A stretch of 64,000 nt of DNA. It comes from Planctomycetota bacterium (GTDB taxonomy: Bacteria > Planctomycetota > B15-G4 > JADJEK01). The stretch spans positions 128,001 through 192,000 of the forward strand of contig JBGAIQ010000005.1 of the NCBI GenBank assembly GCA_044225365.1, read 5' to 3'. The position numbers and the translations under genes were made by a program. How positions within the stretch are numbered: the first letter of the stretch is position 1; each line of letters begins with the position of its first letter. Below are positions 37,701-50,699 of the stretch, piece by piece. Below the pieces are notes generated by a model, which saw only the letters and a program-made list of their open reading frames with translations, was not told the DNA's origin and made no database searches.

Positions 37701-39536
37701 ATGAATGCCTCGCACTCGAATCGGCCGCGCCGCGCGAATTGGTGGGCATCCGCTCTCTTGCTCGCCGCGAGTTCGACCCTGATGCTCGCGGGGTTTCCGA
37801 CTCCCCTCACGACGACGATTCCACCCCGCAAAGCGACGCTCGATACCAGCATCTCCGTCGTCGACGCGCAGTCGGCCACGGCCGCCCAGGCGGAGAATCT
37901 GCTCCGCAAGACGGGGAAACAGGGCGGTAACAAGCAAGGGACCACCGCGGCCGCTGGCAACTACACGCTCACGCAGGTGGACCTGCCGTCGTCGATCACC
38001 GGCACGGGCTTCATGGAGCGCATCCAGATCATGACGCCCGCGGGATACAACCCGGCAGGGCCGAACGTCCCGATGATCCTCGTCGCGAATGGCTACGGCC
38101 TTTCGGCGTTCTCGTTCTTCAACGGGATGTCGGGGATCCCCGACGAGGCCGCAGCGCGCGGCTGGTTGATCTGCGCGGTGACCCAGCTCGATGACAAGTC
38201 GTTCGGCGCCTGGAACAAGCCGCAGGGCAATGTCACCGCCGCGCTCAATCACATGGTCAACAACTACCGTGTGGACGTCGATCGCATCTACGCCGTCGGT
38301 TGGTCGGCGGGCGGCGGCTCGATGGCGTCGTATTCCGCGCGCCACCTCGACCCGGCGAAGCCGATGATCGCGGCGCTCGCCGTCGACGCCGGTTCGCTCG
38401 ACCTCGTCGACGTCTACGACAGCGAGGTCGTGTCGGTCCAGAACATCATGCAGAACGTCGCGCTCTTCGAAGGTCCCCCGAGCGGCGCGGCCTACCACTA
38501 CAATTACGAACGAACCGAGACGGTCTTCACGATCCAGGCCACGGGCGCGCTCAACACCAATTTCTGCCAGGCTCGCAATCTCAAGAACATCCCGGTCTAC
38601 CACGTCTACTCGACCGACGACACGATCCCGTACCTGCCGACCCAGAACCAGATGTTCGACACGATCCTGAACGGCATCGGCGCGAACCTCACGACGCACA
38701 CGTCGTCCGGTCTCCCGACGCCGCACTCTTGGAACCTGCTCGATCCGGTGACGACGCTGAACTTCCTTCAGCAATACACGGTGAATCGCACTCCGGCGAA
38801 CTTCCAGCTCAACGCCGATCGCAGCGACAACTTCTACTGGTCGACGCTCACGCAGCGGACGACTGGACAGTACTCCCGGATCGGCGTCACGACGAATCTG
38901 GCGACGAACGCGCTCACGCTCACCGGTGTCTCGAACCTCAGCACGATCAAGCTGACTCCGCCTGCGAGCGCGCTCAATCTCGCGCAGCGACTCACGGTTT
39001 CGGTGGAGAATCAGGATGCATCCTCGCTCACGCTGACGCTGAAGGGCACTGCGCTCGCTTCACCGAGCTACGTCCTCCTCGGATCGCAGATCTTCACGTC
39101 GTGGATCTTCGACTCGAACGGGCTCACGCTCACCGTTCCCGCTTCTGCGACATCGAACTTCACGATCGGCTACGACGTCTACACCGGCGTGCTGACCGCG
39201 CCGGGCACGGTCAACATCGGCACCAACATGCCGCTCACCCTGACGGCATCGACCCCCAACAAGCCGGCGCTCCTGCTCATCAATACGTTCGCCTACCCCC
39301 TCGCGTTGTCGCTGATCGATCCGGGCGACTCGCGATACGTTCTCGTGGGCATCGACGCTGGAGCGATCCTCCTCCCCCTCACGTTCGGGCCTTCGGCCTC
39401 GCTCTCGTTCAACGTCTTCATTCCCTCGAATCCGGCGTACATCAATGCGACGCTCTCGATGCAGTTCGTGACGTATCCCGGTTTCACGACGATCATCGAC
39501 GAGATCTCGAACCTCGCACAGACACGTCTCCAGTAG
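37701..39536 (+). CDS. Secreted alpha/beta-hydrolase (esterase/peptidase) with C-terminal sorting-like module
   Basis: Signal peptide; VDVDRIYAVGWSAGG nucleophile elbow, DDTIP, PHSW; C-terminal ...FIPSNPAYINATLSMQFVT...ISNLAQTRLQ. Confidence 0.8.
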   Translation: MNASHSNRPRRANWWASALLLAASSTLMLAGFPTPLTTTIPPRKATLDTSISVVDAQSATAAQAENLLRKTGKQGGNKQGTTAAAGNYTLTQVDLPSSITGTGFMERIQIMTPAGYNPAGPNVPMILVANGYGLSAFSFFNGMSGIPDEAAARGWLICAVTQLDDKSFGAWNKPQGNVTAALNHMVNNYRVDVDRIYAVGWSAGGGSMASYSARHLDPAKPMIAALAVDAGSLDLVDVYDSEVVSVQNIMQNVALFEGPPSGAAYHYNYERTETVFTIQATGALNTNFCQARNLKNIPVYHVYSTDDTIPYLPTQNQMFDTILNGIGANLTTHTSSGLPTPHSWNLLDPVTTLNFLQQYTVNRTPANFQLNADRSDNFYWSTLTQRTTGQYSRIGVTTNLATNALTLTGVSNLSTIKLTPPASALNLAQRLTVSVENQDASSLTLTLKGTALASPSYVLLGSQIFTSWIFDSNGLTLTVPASATSNFTIGYDVYTGVLTAPGTVNIGTNMPLTLTASTPNKPALLLINTFAYPLALSLIDPGDSRYVLVGIDAGAILLPLTFGPSASLSFNVFIPSNPAYINATLSMQFVTYPGFTTIIDEISNLAQTRLQ

Positions 39537-40546
39537 TGAACCGTCCACCGCGCAAACAGCACTTCGTCGTCGAACCCGATCAACGCGGCAAGACTCCGTT
39601 CCAGTACCTTCGTCGCGTACTCCCCGACGCCTCCGCGGGCATCCTGCGAGAGTTACTGAAGCGGGACTGCGTGACGGTCGACGGCAAGATCGCGCTCCAC
39701 ACTCGCCCGCTCCAAGGCGGAGCCTGGCTGGAGGTGGACTGGCCGCCCGAACTCCAGGATCGCGTCGCGAAACCGCGGACGACGCACGCGGAGATCCGCG
39801 AACTCTATCTTTCGCCGCGAATCCTCGTCGTCGACAAGCCGGCCGGGGTTTCGGTCGTCGCCGAGCGGCGACGCGATCGCGACACGCTCGTCGACCTGCT
39901 ACCCGAGTCGATCGCGGTCGATGCTTCTTCGGGTGTGCGCGTGAAAGTCGTCCATCGGATCGACAAGCACACGAGCGGAGCTCTCCTCCTGGCCCGCGAT
40001 CGTGAGGCGAAGAAAGCGCTGTGCCAGGATTTCCTCGAGCGAAAGATCGAGAAGGAGTATCTCGCCATCGTGCGTGGGAGATTCCCGGACGACATCGAGC
40101 AGGTCGACGCACCGATCGCGACGGATAGGAAGCATGCCCTCAAGATGGTGATCGACGAGAAGCGCGGGAAGGCGAGCCTCACCCGCTTCAAGGTCGAGAA
40201 GCGCTTCGACGGCTACACGCTCGTCCGGGCCTTCCCGATCACCGGCCGCACGCACCAGATCCGGGTGCACCTCGCCCACGTCGGATTCCCGATCCTCTGC
40301 GACGAGGTCTATGGATCGGCCCCCCTGCTCATGCTCTCCGACTTGAAGTTCGGGTACCGCAAACCCCGCGGTTTCGAGGAACGACCGCTCCTGAAGCGCC
40401 TCGCACTCCATTGCGCGAGTCTCGGTTTCACGGATCCCGGTACGAAGGAGAAGGTCCGGGTCACCGCACCGCTCCCTCACGACCTCGCATCGGTCCTGAA
40501 GCAACTCGAACGCTGTCGCCCCCTGCGCACCCGAATGCGTGACTGA
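39536..40546 (+). CDS. RluA/RluD-family 23S rRNA pseudouridine synthase
   Basis: S4-like N-terminus, VDKPAG, VHRIDKHTSG, KEYLAIV, TGRTHQIRVHL, LALHC. GTG start overlaps the upstream TAG. Confidence 0.92.
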   Translation: MNRPPRKQHFVVEPDQRGKTPFQYLRRVLPDASAGILRELLKRDCVTVDGKIALHTRPLQGGAWLEVDWPPELQDRVAKPRTTHAEIRELYLSPRILVVDKPAGVSVVAERRRDRDTLVDLLPESIAVDASSGVRVKVVHRIDKHTSGALLLARDREAKKALCQDFLERKIEKEYLAIVRGRFPDDIEQVDAPIATDRKHALKMVIDEKRGKASLTRFKVEKRFDGYTLVRAFPITGRTHQIRVHLAHVGFPILCDEVYGSAPLLMLSDLKFGYRKPRGFEERPLLKRLALHCASLGFTDPGTKEKVRVTAPLPHDLASVLKQLERCRPLRTRMRD

Positions 40547-40680
40547 CGGCGACGGCCTTCTTGAGCGGGGCGAGGAGTTCGGTTAGGCTCTCCCGTTCGA
40601 CCACGCGCGCCGGATCGGGTGACGAAGACCTGGACGCCGCCCTGTCACGACTCGAAGATCGACGAATACTGGAGTGTCCG

Positions 40681-40815
40681 ATGAAGCTGAACGTCCGCAA
40701 TTCGAAGCTGAAGCGCGCGAAGAAGACGGGTTTCCGTTATCGAATGAGCACGAAGAACGGTCGCAAGATCATCCGCAACCGTCGCCGCCGCGGGCGATCG
40801 CTCTGCGCTCACTGA
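40681..40815 (+). CDS. rpmH: 50S ribosomal protein L34
   Basis: MKLNVRNSKLKRAKKTGFRYRMSTKNGRKIIRNRRRRGR; GGAG RBS. Confidence 0.9.
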   Translation: MKLNVRNSKLKRAKKTGFRYRMSTKNGRKIIRNRRRRGRSLCAH

Positions 40816-40830
40816 GCCTGGAATCCTCGC

Positions 40831-41655
40831 TCATGCGCCGCCGCGCCGCTCAGGAGCTCGCTCCGGGCCGCGCGGCGAAACGTTTTTCCGCTCCCAGAGC
40901 TTGGCGTACTTCAGGAATACGTAGTACGCCCCGAGCGTCGCGACGATGAGGCCGCGCGCGCCGTCGAGGAATCCCCCGCGCACGACGTACATCCGCAGGA
41001 ATCGAGCGGGAGGTCGGAACAGGAGGTCGAGGATCCTCGCGCGCCGTCCTGCGACGTCCTTCTCCCGCGCAATGATCGTCGTGTACGAATCGATCTTCGC
41101 GACATGGTGGGCGATGTCGCGATAGTTGTGATGGACGAGCTCGCCGGCGAGCCGGACGACGGGCCCGTCGACTTCGACCCGATCGTGGGGATCCACGCCC
41201 GTCCACCGACCCCGCCGCCGATCGAACAGCCGGAGCCGCCATTCGGGGAACCATCCGCCGTGGTCGATGAACCGCCCGAGGTAGAACGTGTGGCGATTCA
41301 CCTCGTAGCCGACCGTCGCTCCGCCCCGAGCGAGGGCCGACTCGATCTCGCCGCGCAACTGCTCATCGACGCGCTCATCGGCATCGACACACAGCACGAG
41401 ATCGTTCGACGCATTGTCGACGGCGAGTTGCTTCTGCTTCACGTGCCCCAGGAATTCCTGGTCGATCCATCGCAGCTTTGCACCGCAAAGCTCGGTGGCG
41501 ACCCTTCGCGTCGCGTCGGTCGAGAGCGAATCGACGATGACGACCTCGTCCGCGAAGAGAACCGAGGACAGGCAAGCACCGAGGTTGCTCTCCTCGTTGC
41601 GCGTGATGATGCACACGCTGAGCCGAGCTCTCTCCTTCTCAGGACCCTGCTTCAA
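40831..41655 (-). CDS. GT2 glycosyltransferase (KdtX/WaaE-like)
   Basis: LSVCIITRNEE, VDSLSTDAT, VDADE, RLRLF, DPHD, YYVFLKYAKLWE. TTG start overlaps the upstream TGA. Confidence 0.88.
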   Translation of the reverse strand: MKQGPEKERARLSVCIITRNEESNLGACLSSVLFADEVVIVDSLSTDATRRVATELCGAKLRWIDQEFLGHVKQKQLAVDNASNDLVLCVDADERVDEQLRGEIESALARGGATVGYEVNRHTFYLGRFIDHGGWFPEWRLRLFDRRRGRWTGVDPHDRVEVDGPVVRLAGELVHHNYRDIAHHVAKIDSYTTIIAREKDVAGRRARILDLLFRPPARFLRMYVVRGGFLDGARGLIVATLGAYYVFLKYAKLWERKNVSPRGPERAPERRGGA

Positions 41656-43415
41656 GCAAAGACCTCGCTCTGGAAACGTGAGGCCGGACTCTCGAGCCAC
41701 TTCTCGAGCCGCGCGACCGCATCCGCACCGGCACCGTCCCTCCAGGCGAGCTTCACGATCTTGCTCGGCTCCTTCGGCACCAGGACGGTGCAGGTCGCCA
41801 GTGAGTCATCCCGGAAATAGTCGATGCGCACGCTGCACCCTCGCGCTTCGCGCAGTCGCTCGGCGAGCGTTGCCGCCGTGACTCTCTGGCCGTCGAGAGC
41901 GACGATCTCATCGCCGGGCCCGAGTCCGCCGCACTCCGCCGGGCTGTTGCGCTCGACGACGTCGATCCGCAATGGGTTCGCGCCGGGCTTGATCCGCACG
42001 CCGATCCAGTCGCGCGCGGTCGGTGATGGAGCGCGATCCTCGCACGTCCATTTCACGGCGAAGCGCTCGAGCGCCGCCGCGAAATCGAGTTCCTGCGTTC
42101 CGCGTACCGCGACTTCGAAGAACTCCGAGAGATCCTTGCCGGCGGCCTGGCTCGCGAGGCTCTCGAACTCCTCGGCCGAGAATCCGGGCGAGTCCGCCGC
42201 GTGGCGCTCGAACAGACTTCGCATCACGTCGTCGAGAGTGCGCTTCGAGTCCGTCGCGTACCGGATCTCGAGGTCGAGGAGGAGCGCGACGAGACAACCC
42301 TTCTGGTAGTACGAGATCCCGGAGTTCGGATAGTCCTCGTCCTGCCGATAGAACCGCGTCCAGGTCGTGAGTGACGACTCCTCGAGCGATTGCTCGAGCC
42401 GTCCCGGACTCTCGAGATAGCGCGAGATCTCTTCGCCGAGGCGGATCAGGTATTGGTCACGCGTGATGATTCCGGCGCGCAGGACCAGGAGCTCGTCGTA
42501 GTAGCTGGTCACGCCTTCGCAGATCCAGAGGGACTTCGTGTACGTCTCGCTCTTCAAGTCGTACGGCACGAACTCGCGTGGCTTGGTCCGCTTCACGTTC
42601 CAGGAATGGAAGTGCTCGTGCGCGATGAGCGTGGCGAGATCGACCTTCAGCTTGTCGTCCTTGAACGAGAACCGCGGAAACGCGAGCAAGGTCGAGTTGC
42701 AGTGCTCGAGTCCGCTCTGCACGTCCCGGGTCGTGAACAAGAGGAAGGTGTACTCGGAATAGGGCAGCGGCCCGAATGTCCGAGCCGCGGTCTCGACGAT
42801 CCGTCGACTCTCCTCCGTGATCGTGTCGAGCGAGTGATTCCCGGCGCCTGCGAGCACGAATCGATGCGGCTTGCCGCCCGCGACGAACTCCCGCTGGAGG
42901 AGGTCGCCGAACATGAGCGGGCAATCGATGAGCTCGGCGTAGGTCCGGGCGACGAATCGCGAACCCGAATTCGAATCGCAGGCAAGACCGGTGTAGCAAT
43001 TCCAACTCGTCGGGAGTTCGCCGTAGTCGACGGTGCACTCCTCGTCCTCCCGACCCGTCACGGCGAGGAAGATCGACGCACCGTTCAACACGGCCATCGT
43101 CGAATCGACGTAGCTCGTTCGGACGCTCAATTCGTTCGCGAACACTCGATAGTGGATTCGCACCCTCTCACCGGGTCGCGCCCCGATCCGGAACGAGGAT
43201 TTGTCGCGCCGCGTGATCGCGAGCGCTCTCCCCTCGGCGCCAGTCGCCGAGACGCGTCGCAGGTTCCGCGCGAACTCGCGAATCAGATACGACCCGGGTG
43301 TCCACGTCGGCAGCCAGAGGTCGACCGTCCCGTCGCGGCTCGAAGCCTCGAACTCGACGTCCACGTCGACGTGATGCGTCGCGCGATCGGAGAAGCGGAT
43401 GCGATAACGTATCAT
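41652..43415 (-). CDS. M61 family metallopeptidase (glycyl aminopeptidase) with PDZ domain
   Basis: PTWTPGSYLIREF, GLEHCNST, AHEHFHSWNVKR, LWICEGVTSYY, SYYQKG, SPA..GGL..GDEIVALDG. Confidence 0.93.
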   Translation of the reverse strand: MIRYRIRFSDRATHHVDVDVEFEASSRDGTVDLWLPTWTPGSYLIREFARNLRRVSATGAEGRALAITRRDKSSFRIGARPGERVRIHYRVFANELSVRTSYVDSTMAVLNGASIFLAVTGREDEECTVDYGELPTSWNCYTGLACDSNSGSRFVARTYAELIDCPLMFGDLLQREFVAGGKPHRFVLAGAGNHSLDTITEESRRIVETAARTFGPLPYSEYTFLLFTTRDVQSGLEHCNSTLLAFPRFSFKDDKLKVDLATLIAHEHFHSWNVKRTKPREFVPYDLKSETYTKSLWICEGVTSYYDELLVLRAGIITRDQYLIRLGEEISRYLESPGRLEQSLEESSLTTWTRFYRQDEDYPNSGISYYQKGCLVALLLDLEIRYATDSKRTLDDVMRSLFERHAADSPGFSAEEFESLASQAAGKDLSEFFEVAVRGTQELDFAAALERFAVKWTCEDRAPSPTARDWIGVRIKPGANPLRIDVVERNSPAECGGLGPGDEIVALDGQRVTAATLAERLREARGCSVRIDYFRDDSLATCTVLVPKEPSKIVKLAWRDGAGADAVARLEKWLESPASRFQSEVFA

Positions 43416-43440
43416 GCCTGCAAGACTCTCTTCCGCTCGC

Positions 43441-44826
43441 CTACGGCTGTGGACTCTTTGAAGAATCGCGAAGCGCGCGGGCGAACAATTCGACGGGGTG
43501 AACCACCTCGATGGTCGAACCGGCGCGCCGCAGCCCAGCCTGGTATTGAAGGAGACAGCCCGGATTCGCCGTCGCGATCACGTCGGCGCCGCTGCTCTTC
43601 AGCTCGTCGATCTTCTGATCGAGGAGGCGCATCGACTCCATCGGCTGCAGCACGTTGTAGAGCCCTGCTGCGCCGCAGCAGCGATCGGCGCGCGCGAGCG
43701 GCACGAGTTCGACGCCAGGAATCGCGGACAGCAGTTGTCGCGGAGCATCCTTCACGCCTTGTGCGTGGGCGAGATGGCATGCGTCGGCGTAGGCCACCTT
43801 GCGTTCGACGCGCTCGGACGGCGGCCTGATCCCTTGAGCGGCGAGGAACTCGTTGACGTCCTTCACCTTCTTCGCGAAGGAGCGCGCGAGATGGAGTTCG
43901 GGCGGCGTCACGCCCGGGGCATCCTCGAGTAGCCGTGCGTACTCCTTCATCGCCGCACAACAACCCGCGGAGTTGACGAGGATCGCATCGACGGTGCCGA
44001 TCGTCTCGAACGCTCTGATCGTTCGCAGAGCGGCTTGCCGCGCGGTCTCGAGTTGCCCGAAGTGCGCGCAAAGTGCGCCGCAGCAGACGTCCTTCTTGGG
44101 CAGGACGACTTCGTACCCCTGCTCGGCAAGGACCTTCACCGTCGCGCGGTTGACCGCACCGAGCAGGAGCGGCATCACGCAGCCTTCGAGCACCGCGACG
44201 CGGCCGCGATGGCCCATCCCCGAGAGCGTCTGTCGCGGCAGGCGTCGACGCGCGTGACGATCCGGAATCGGCGGCAGCAACTCGTCGCGCACTGCGAGTT
44301 CCTTGCCGAAGAACGCGAGGACGCCGTAGCGGCGCAGGATCCCGCGCAGGCCACTGCGATCGTAGAGCCGCAGGAAGAACGCGACGACGCGCAGTCGTCC
44401 CGGGAACGGGATGAGTTTCCGCAGCGCGAAGCGCCGGAGCCGATCGCGCAGGGTCGTGTTCCGCGCGGGCTCGAGGATCGAGGAGCGCGTGAACTCCATC
44501 ATCTCACCGAACTTCACGCCGGATGGACACACCGGCTCGCACGCGCGGCAGACCAAACAGAGATCGAGATCCTTGGTGATCGCGTCGGTCGGCGCGATCG
44601 CGCCCTCCACGAGACCGCGCATCGCGTAGATGCGCCCGCGCGGAGAGGTGGTCTCGCGACCGAAGAGTTCGTACGTCGGACACGCCGGGAGACACAGCCC
44701 GCAGTGCACGCAGTCGAGCGTGTGCTGATAGTTCGTGAGATCCTCTGCGCTGCGGAACGGACCGACCTCGCTCCGTGCCGGCGGGATCGGCGCTGCTTGG
44801 ACCGGTACTTTCGCGATATCGCTCAC
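43441..44826 (-). CDS. glcF: Glycolate oxidase Fe-S subunit
   Basis: CVHCGLCLPACPTY, SPRGRI, CLVCRACEPVCPSGV, CCGAL, CHLAHAQG, CCGAAGLYN, ANPGC. Confidence 0.9.
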   Translation of the reverse strand: MSDIAKVPVQAAPIPPARSEVGPFRSAEDLTNYQHTLDCVHCGLCLPACPTYELFGRETTSPRGRIYAMRGLVEGAIAPTDAITKDLDLCLVCRACEPVCPSGVKFGEMMEFTRSSILEPARNTTLRDRLRRFALRKLIPFPGRLRVVAFFLRLYDRSGLRGILRRYGVLAFFGKELAVRDELLPPIPDRHARRRLPRQTLSGMGHRGRVAVLEGCVMPLLLGAVNRATVKVLAEQGYEVVLPKKDVCCGALCAHFGQLETARQAALRTIRAFETIGTVDAILVNSAGCCAAMKEYARLLEDAPGVTPPELHLARSFAKKVKDVNEFLAAQGIRPPSERVERKVAYADACHLAHAQGVKDAPRQLLSAIPGVELVPLARADRCCGAAGLYNVLQPMESMRLLDQKIDELKSSGADVIATANPGCLLQYQAGLRRAGSTIEVVHPVELFARALRDSSKSPQP

Positions 44827-46202
44827 GCCTCACCTCCCGCAACGATCCGACCCGGAGACAGGATCGCCGCCGGATCGAGGGAGCGCTTCAATCGCGCCAT
44901 CCACTTGGCGTTCTCGAGGCGGCCAAAGTGGACGTCGCGGCGAGCGCGCCATTCCGCCGGCCCACCTTCGATCGACAGAGCTCGCTCGTCGAAGTTCGTC
45001 GCAGCGACCCCATCGCGCTCCGTCGCGAGACTCGTAATTGCGGCGAGCACTGCGTCGCTCGGCGGCGAATCGAGGTAGATGCGGACGCTGCCCTGTAGTG
45101 GCTCGGCCACGAGCGCGAACTCGACATCAACACCGGCGGCGCGTGCGTAGAGTGCATCGACGACGCCCCCGACGCGACTCGTCGCGCTCCCGCCTTCCAT
45201 CTGGAACGGCAGGTGCGTGAGCCGAATTACCACTCCTCCGCCGCGCGGATCGAACTTCGCGCGACACTCGCGCAGTGACGCCCAGAATCCGGTCTCGTCC
45301 GCTCCTTCCACACGTTCGCATCGCACGCCACCCGCATGCATCGCGGCATCGGATGCGCGCACGAGGGCGCGCTCGACCGCGACATGCAGACCGTGGAATC
45401 GCAGCGCCAGGACGAAGCTGTCGGCCGGAGTCGGGCGCAGAGCCGTCCCGAGACGTTCGAGCGAGGGCGCATCGATCGCGATGCAGCTCACCGGTTCGTC
45501 GCCGTGCGACCGAATCTGCGAGAGCACGGCGTCGAGACTCTCCGAGGAATCGCAGAATAGGATGGCACTGGCCTCGCGCTCCGGAATCGGACGCAATCGC
45601 AATGCGATCTCGCACAGAACGCCGAGAGAACCGAGGCTTCCACAATGGAGTCGGTGCAGATCGAATCCCGTGACGTTCTTGACGAGCCTCCCACCGGACT
45701 TTGCGAGCACGCCGTCGCTGTACGCCGCCTTCGTCCCGAGCACGTAGTCACGGGGCCGGCCGTATCCCGCGCGAAGGGGACCCGTCACATTCGCGGCGAC
45801 GATGCCGCCGATCGTGGCCTTGCCGAGTCCGGATGGATCGACGGGCAGCATCAGGCGATCCTCGCGCAGGCGCGCAACGAGGTCGGCGAAGCGAGTGCCC
45901 GCGCGAACCACGACGGTCTCGTCCGCCGGATCGTATTCCACGATGCCGGTCATGCCGGTCGTCGACAACAACACCTCGACCGGACGCGGCACGTTGCCGA
46001 GATCCTGATGTTGCCCTCCGCCCCACGGCACGACCGCGGCTCGGAGCTGGCTCGCCAACGCGAGGACGTTCGCGCACTGTTCCGGCTCGCGCGGCTTCAC
46101 GGCGACCCGTGGCTGCATCACGAACCAGCGCGAGAGATCCTCCTGCGGCCCGAGCTCGAACGCATCGTCCTTGCCGACGAGTGAGGCGAATCGTTCGATC
46201 AT
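44823..46202 (-). CDS. glcE: Glycolate oxidase FAD-binding subunit
   Basis: GIVEYDPAD, ATIGGIVA, GGRLVKNVTGFDL, GSLGSLGV, DPAAILSPGR. ATGA/GTGA overlaps with glcD and glcF. Confidence 0.82.
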   Translation of the reverse strand: MIERFASLVGKDDAFELGPQEDLSRWFVMQPRVAVKPREPEQCANVLALASQLRAAVVPWGGGQHQDLGNVPRPVEVLLSTTGMTGIVEYDPADETVVVRAGTRFADLVARLREDRLMLPVDPSGLGKATIGGIVAANVTGPLRAGYGRPRDYVLGTKAAYSDGVLAKSGGRLVKNVTGFDLHRLHCGSLGSLGVLCEIALRLRPIPEREASAILFCDSSESLDAVLSQIRSHGDEPVSCIAIDAPSLERLGTALRPTPADSFVLALRFHGLHVAVERALVRASDAAMHAGGVRCERVEGADETGFWASLRECRAKFDPRGGGVVIRLTHLPFQMEGGSATSRVGGVVDALYARAAGVDVEFALVAEPLQGSVRIYLDSPPSDAVLAAITSLATERDGVAATNFDERALSIEGGPAEWRARRDVHFGRLENAKWMARLKRSLDPAAILSPGRIVAGGEA

Positions 46203-47668
46203 GGCGCGGCTCCCGCGCTCGTCTCGGCAGGGGACTCCGTTTGGGGATGCGCCTCGAGTTCGAGACATCCGGCCTTGGCCTCGACGCAACTTCGCGTCGA
46301 GGGAAGCACCTTGTGCGGGTTCAGTCGCCCGTCGGGATTGAACGCATCGCGCACCGCCCGCATCTTGTCGAGATCGCATGGCTCGAACACGAAATGCATG
46401 TAGTCGCGCTTCTCGACGCCAATGCCGTGCTCGCCCGAGAGCGAACCGCCGGCGTCGACGCAGGTCTTGAGGATCGCCATCCCCGCCGCGATCACTCGCT
46501 CCGTCTCGTCGGCGTCGCGTCGATCGTAGGACACGTTGGGATGCAGATTGCCGTCACCCGCGTGGAAGACGTTCGACAGGCGAACTCGATGCTCCGCGCC
46601 GATCTCGACGACGCGCTTCAACACCTCGGGCAACTTGGAACGCGGCACGACGGCATCCTGGACGTAGAGGTCGGGCGCGAGCCGCCCCATCGCACCGAAC
46701 GCACCCTTCCGCCCCTTCCACAGTTTGAGACGCGCGACGTCGTCCCGCGCACGATCGAACGAGAGCGCCCCGAGTTCGGCAACGAGCGTCGCGACGCGGT
46801 CGGCCGACGCCTCGACCGCGGGCGCTCCGCCGTCGAACTCGATGAGCAGGACGGCTCCCGCGTCGCGAGAGTAGCCCGCTGCGTACACCGAGGCCTCGAC
46901 CGCGTCGATCGTGAGCTTGTCGAGGATCTCGAGCGCGGAGGGTAAGAGACCCGAAGCAATGATCCGACGCACCGCCTCGCACGCGATCTCGACCGACGGA
47001 AACGCTGCGAGCAGAGTCTCCGTCAGTTCGGGCAACGGAGTGAGTTTCAGCGTCGCCTCGGTCACGATTGCGCAGGTTCCCTCCGAACCGACGAGGATGC
47101 CGACGAGGTCGAGCCCCAGGTCCCCGTCGAGCGGCGATCCGACGTCGACGATTTCACCATCTGGCATCACGACGCGCAGCGCGAGGACGTGGCGCGCGGT
47201 CGCGCCGTACTTGAAGCAATGCGGCCCGCCGGAATTCTCGGCGACATTGCCGCCGATGGTGCACGCGACCTGCGACGACGGATCCGGCGCGTAGAACAAT
47301 CCGAAGGGCTTCGTCGCGAGCGACACCTGGGCATTCGGCACCCCGCACTCGACCCGCGCGAAGCGATTCGCGGCGTCGATCGCGAGGATCTTCCGCATCC
47401 GCGCGGTCTCGATGATGACGCCGTCCTCGGGACACAGCGCCCCGCCCGAGAGTCCGGTCCCGGCGCCGCGGGCCACGAACGGCACCTTCGCTTCGTGCAG
47501 CACGCGCACGACCGCAGCGACCTCTTCGGTCGTCTTCGGCAACACGACGACCGCGGGTCGGCTGCGCAGATGCGTGAGGCCGTCGCACTCGTAGGCGAAG
47601 GTCTCCTCCCGCGTCGCGAGCACGTGCTCGCTGCCGACGATCGATCTCAGCCGTGCGACGTCCAGCAT
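46199..47668 (-). CDS. glcD: Glycolate oxidase subunit (FAD-linked oxidase)
   Basis: YECDG, RGAGTGLSGGA, YAPDPSSQ, GGNVAENSGGPHCFKYG, GSEGT, FHAGDGNLHP, SGEHGIGVEK, LNPHKV. Confidence 0.92.
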   Translation of the reverse strand: MLDVARLRSIVGSEHVLATREETFAYECDGLTHLRSRPAVVVLPKTTEEVAAVVRVLHEAKVPFVARGAGTGLSGGALCPEDGVIIETARMRKILAIDAANRFARVECGVPNAQVSLATKPFGLFYAPDPSSQVACTIGGNVAENSGGPHCFKYGATARHVLALRVVMPDGEIVDVGSPLDGDLGLDLVGILVGSEGTCAIVTEATLKLTPLPELTETLLAAFPSVEIACEAVRRIIASGLLPSALEILDKLTIDAVEASVYAAGYSRDAGAVLLIEFDGGAPAVEASADRVATLVAELGALSFDRARDDVARLKLWKGRKGAFGAMGRLAPDLYVQDAVVPRSKLPEVLKRVVEIGAEHRVRLSNVFHAGDGNLHPNVSYDRRDADETERVIAAGMAILKTCVDAGGSLSGEHGIGVEKRDYMHFVFEPCDLDKMRAVRDAFNPDGRLNPHKVLPSTRSCVEAKAGCLELEAHPQTESPAETSAGAAP

Positions 47669-47714
47669 CGTCCTTCCAAGCCGCGAACGAGGATTCGAAC
47701 GGGTCCTACCGCCA

Positions 47715-50405
<2,691 letters not shown>

Positions 50406-50670
50406 CGGGATCGCTCTGGCTGTTCGAGTTCGAATGCGAAGGTGAGGCGAATCGCCCCGCGCTCACCCGCCGCTTCCCGATCGCCGGAAAGAGGCTGTGG
50501 AAAGATCGCGATGTTAGCAGCTTGCGTCGGATGTGCGCCGCGTTTTGGCCCTGCGATCCAGGGGCCGAGAAGGGGGTTCGCCAAGCGCGACGGGACGAAA
50601 AAAGCGCGCGAATTTTCTGCGGGTCGCGGTTACGACCCGGAGTCACCGGCGTATCAAGGGGCGAGTTTCG

Positions 50671-50690
50671 AAAAGCGCACTTCGGTGTGC
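50671..50690 (-). terminator. Short hairpin + UUUU, possible terminator of the 6S candidate
   Basis: Minus strand GCACAC-CGAA-GTGCGC-TTTT (one mismatch). Confidence 0.35.
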
Positions 50691-50699
50691 CGGACGGGA

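Noticed and set aside
38300-39535. 748-aa RluA ORF with a long N-terminal extension
   Set aside because: The extension is an off-frame overlap of the hydrolase gene; the real start is the GTG at 39536.
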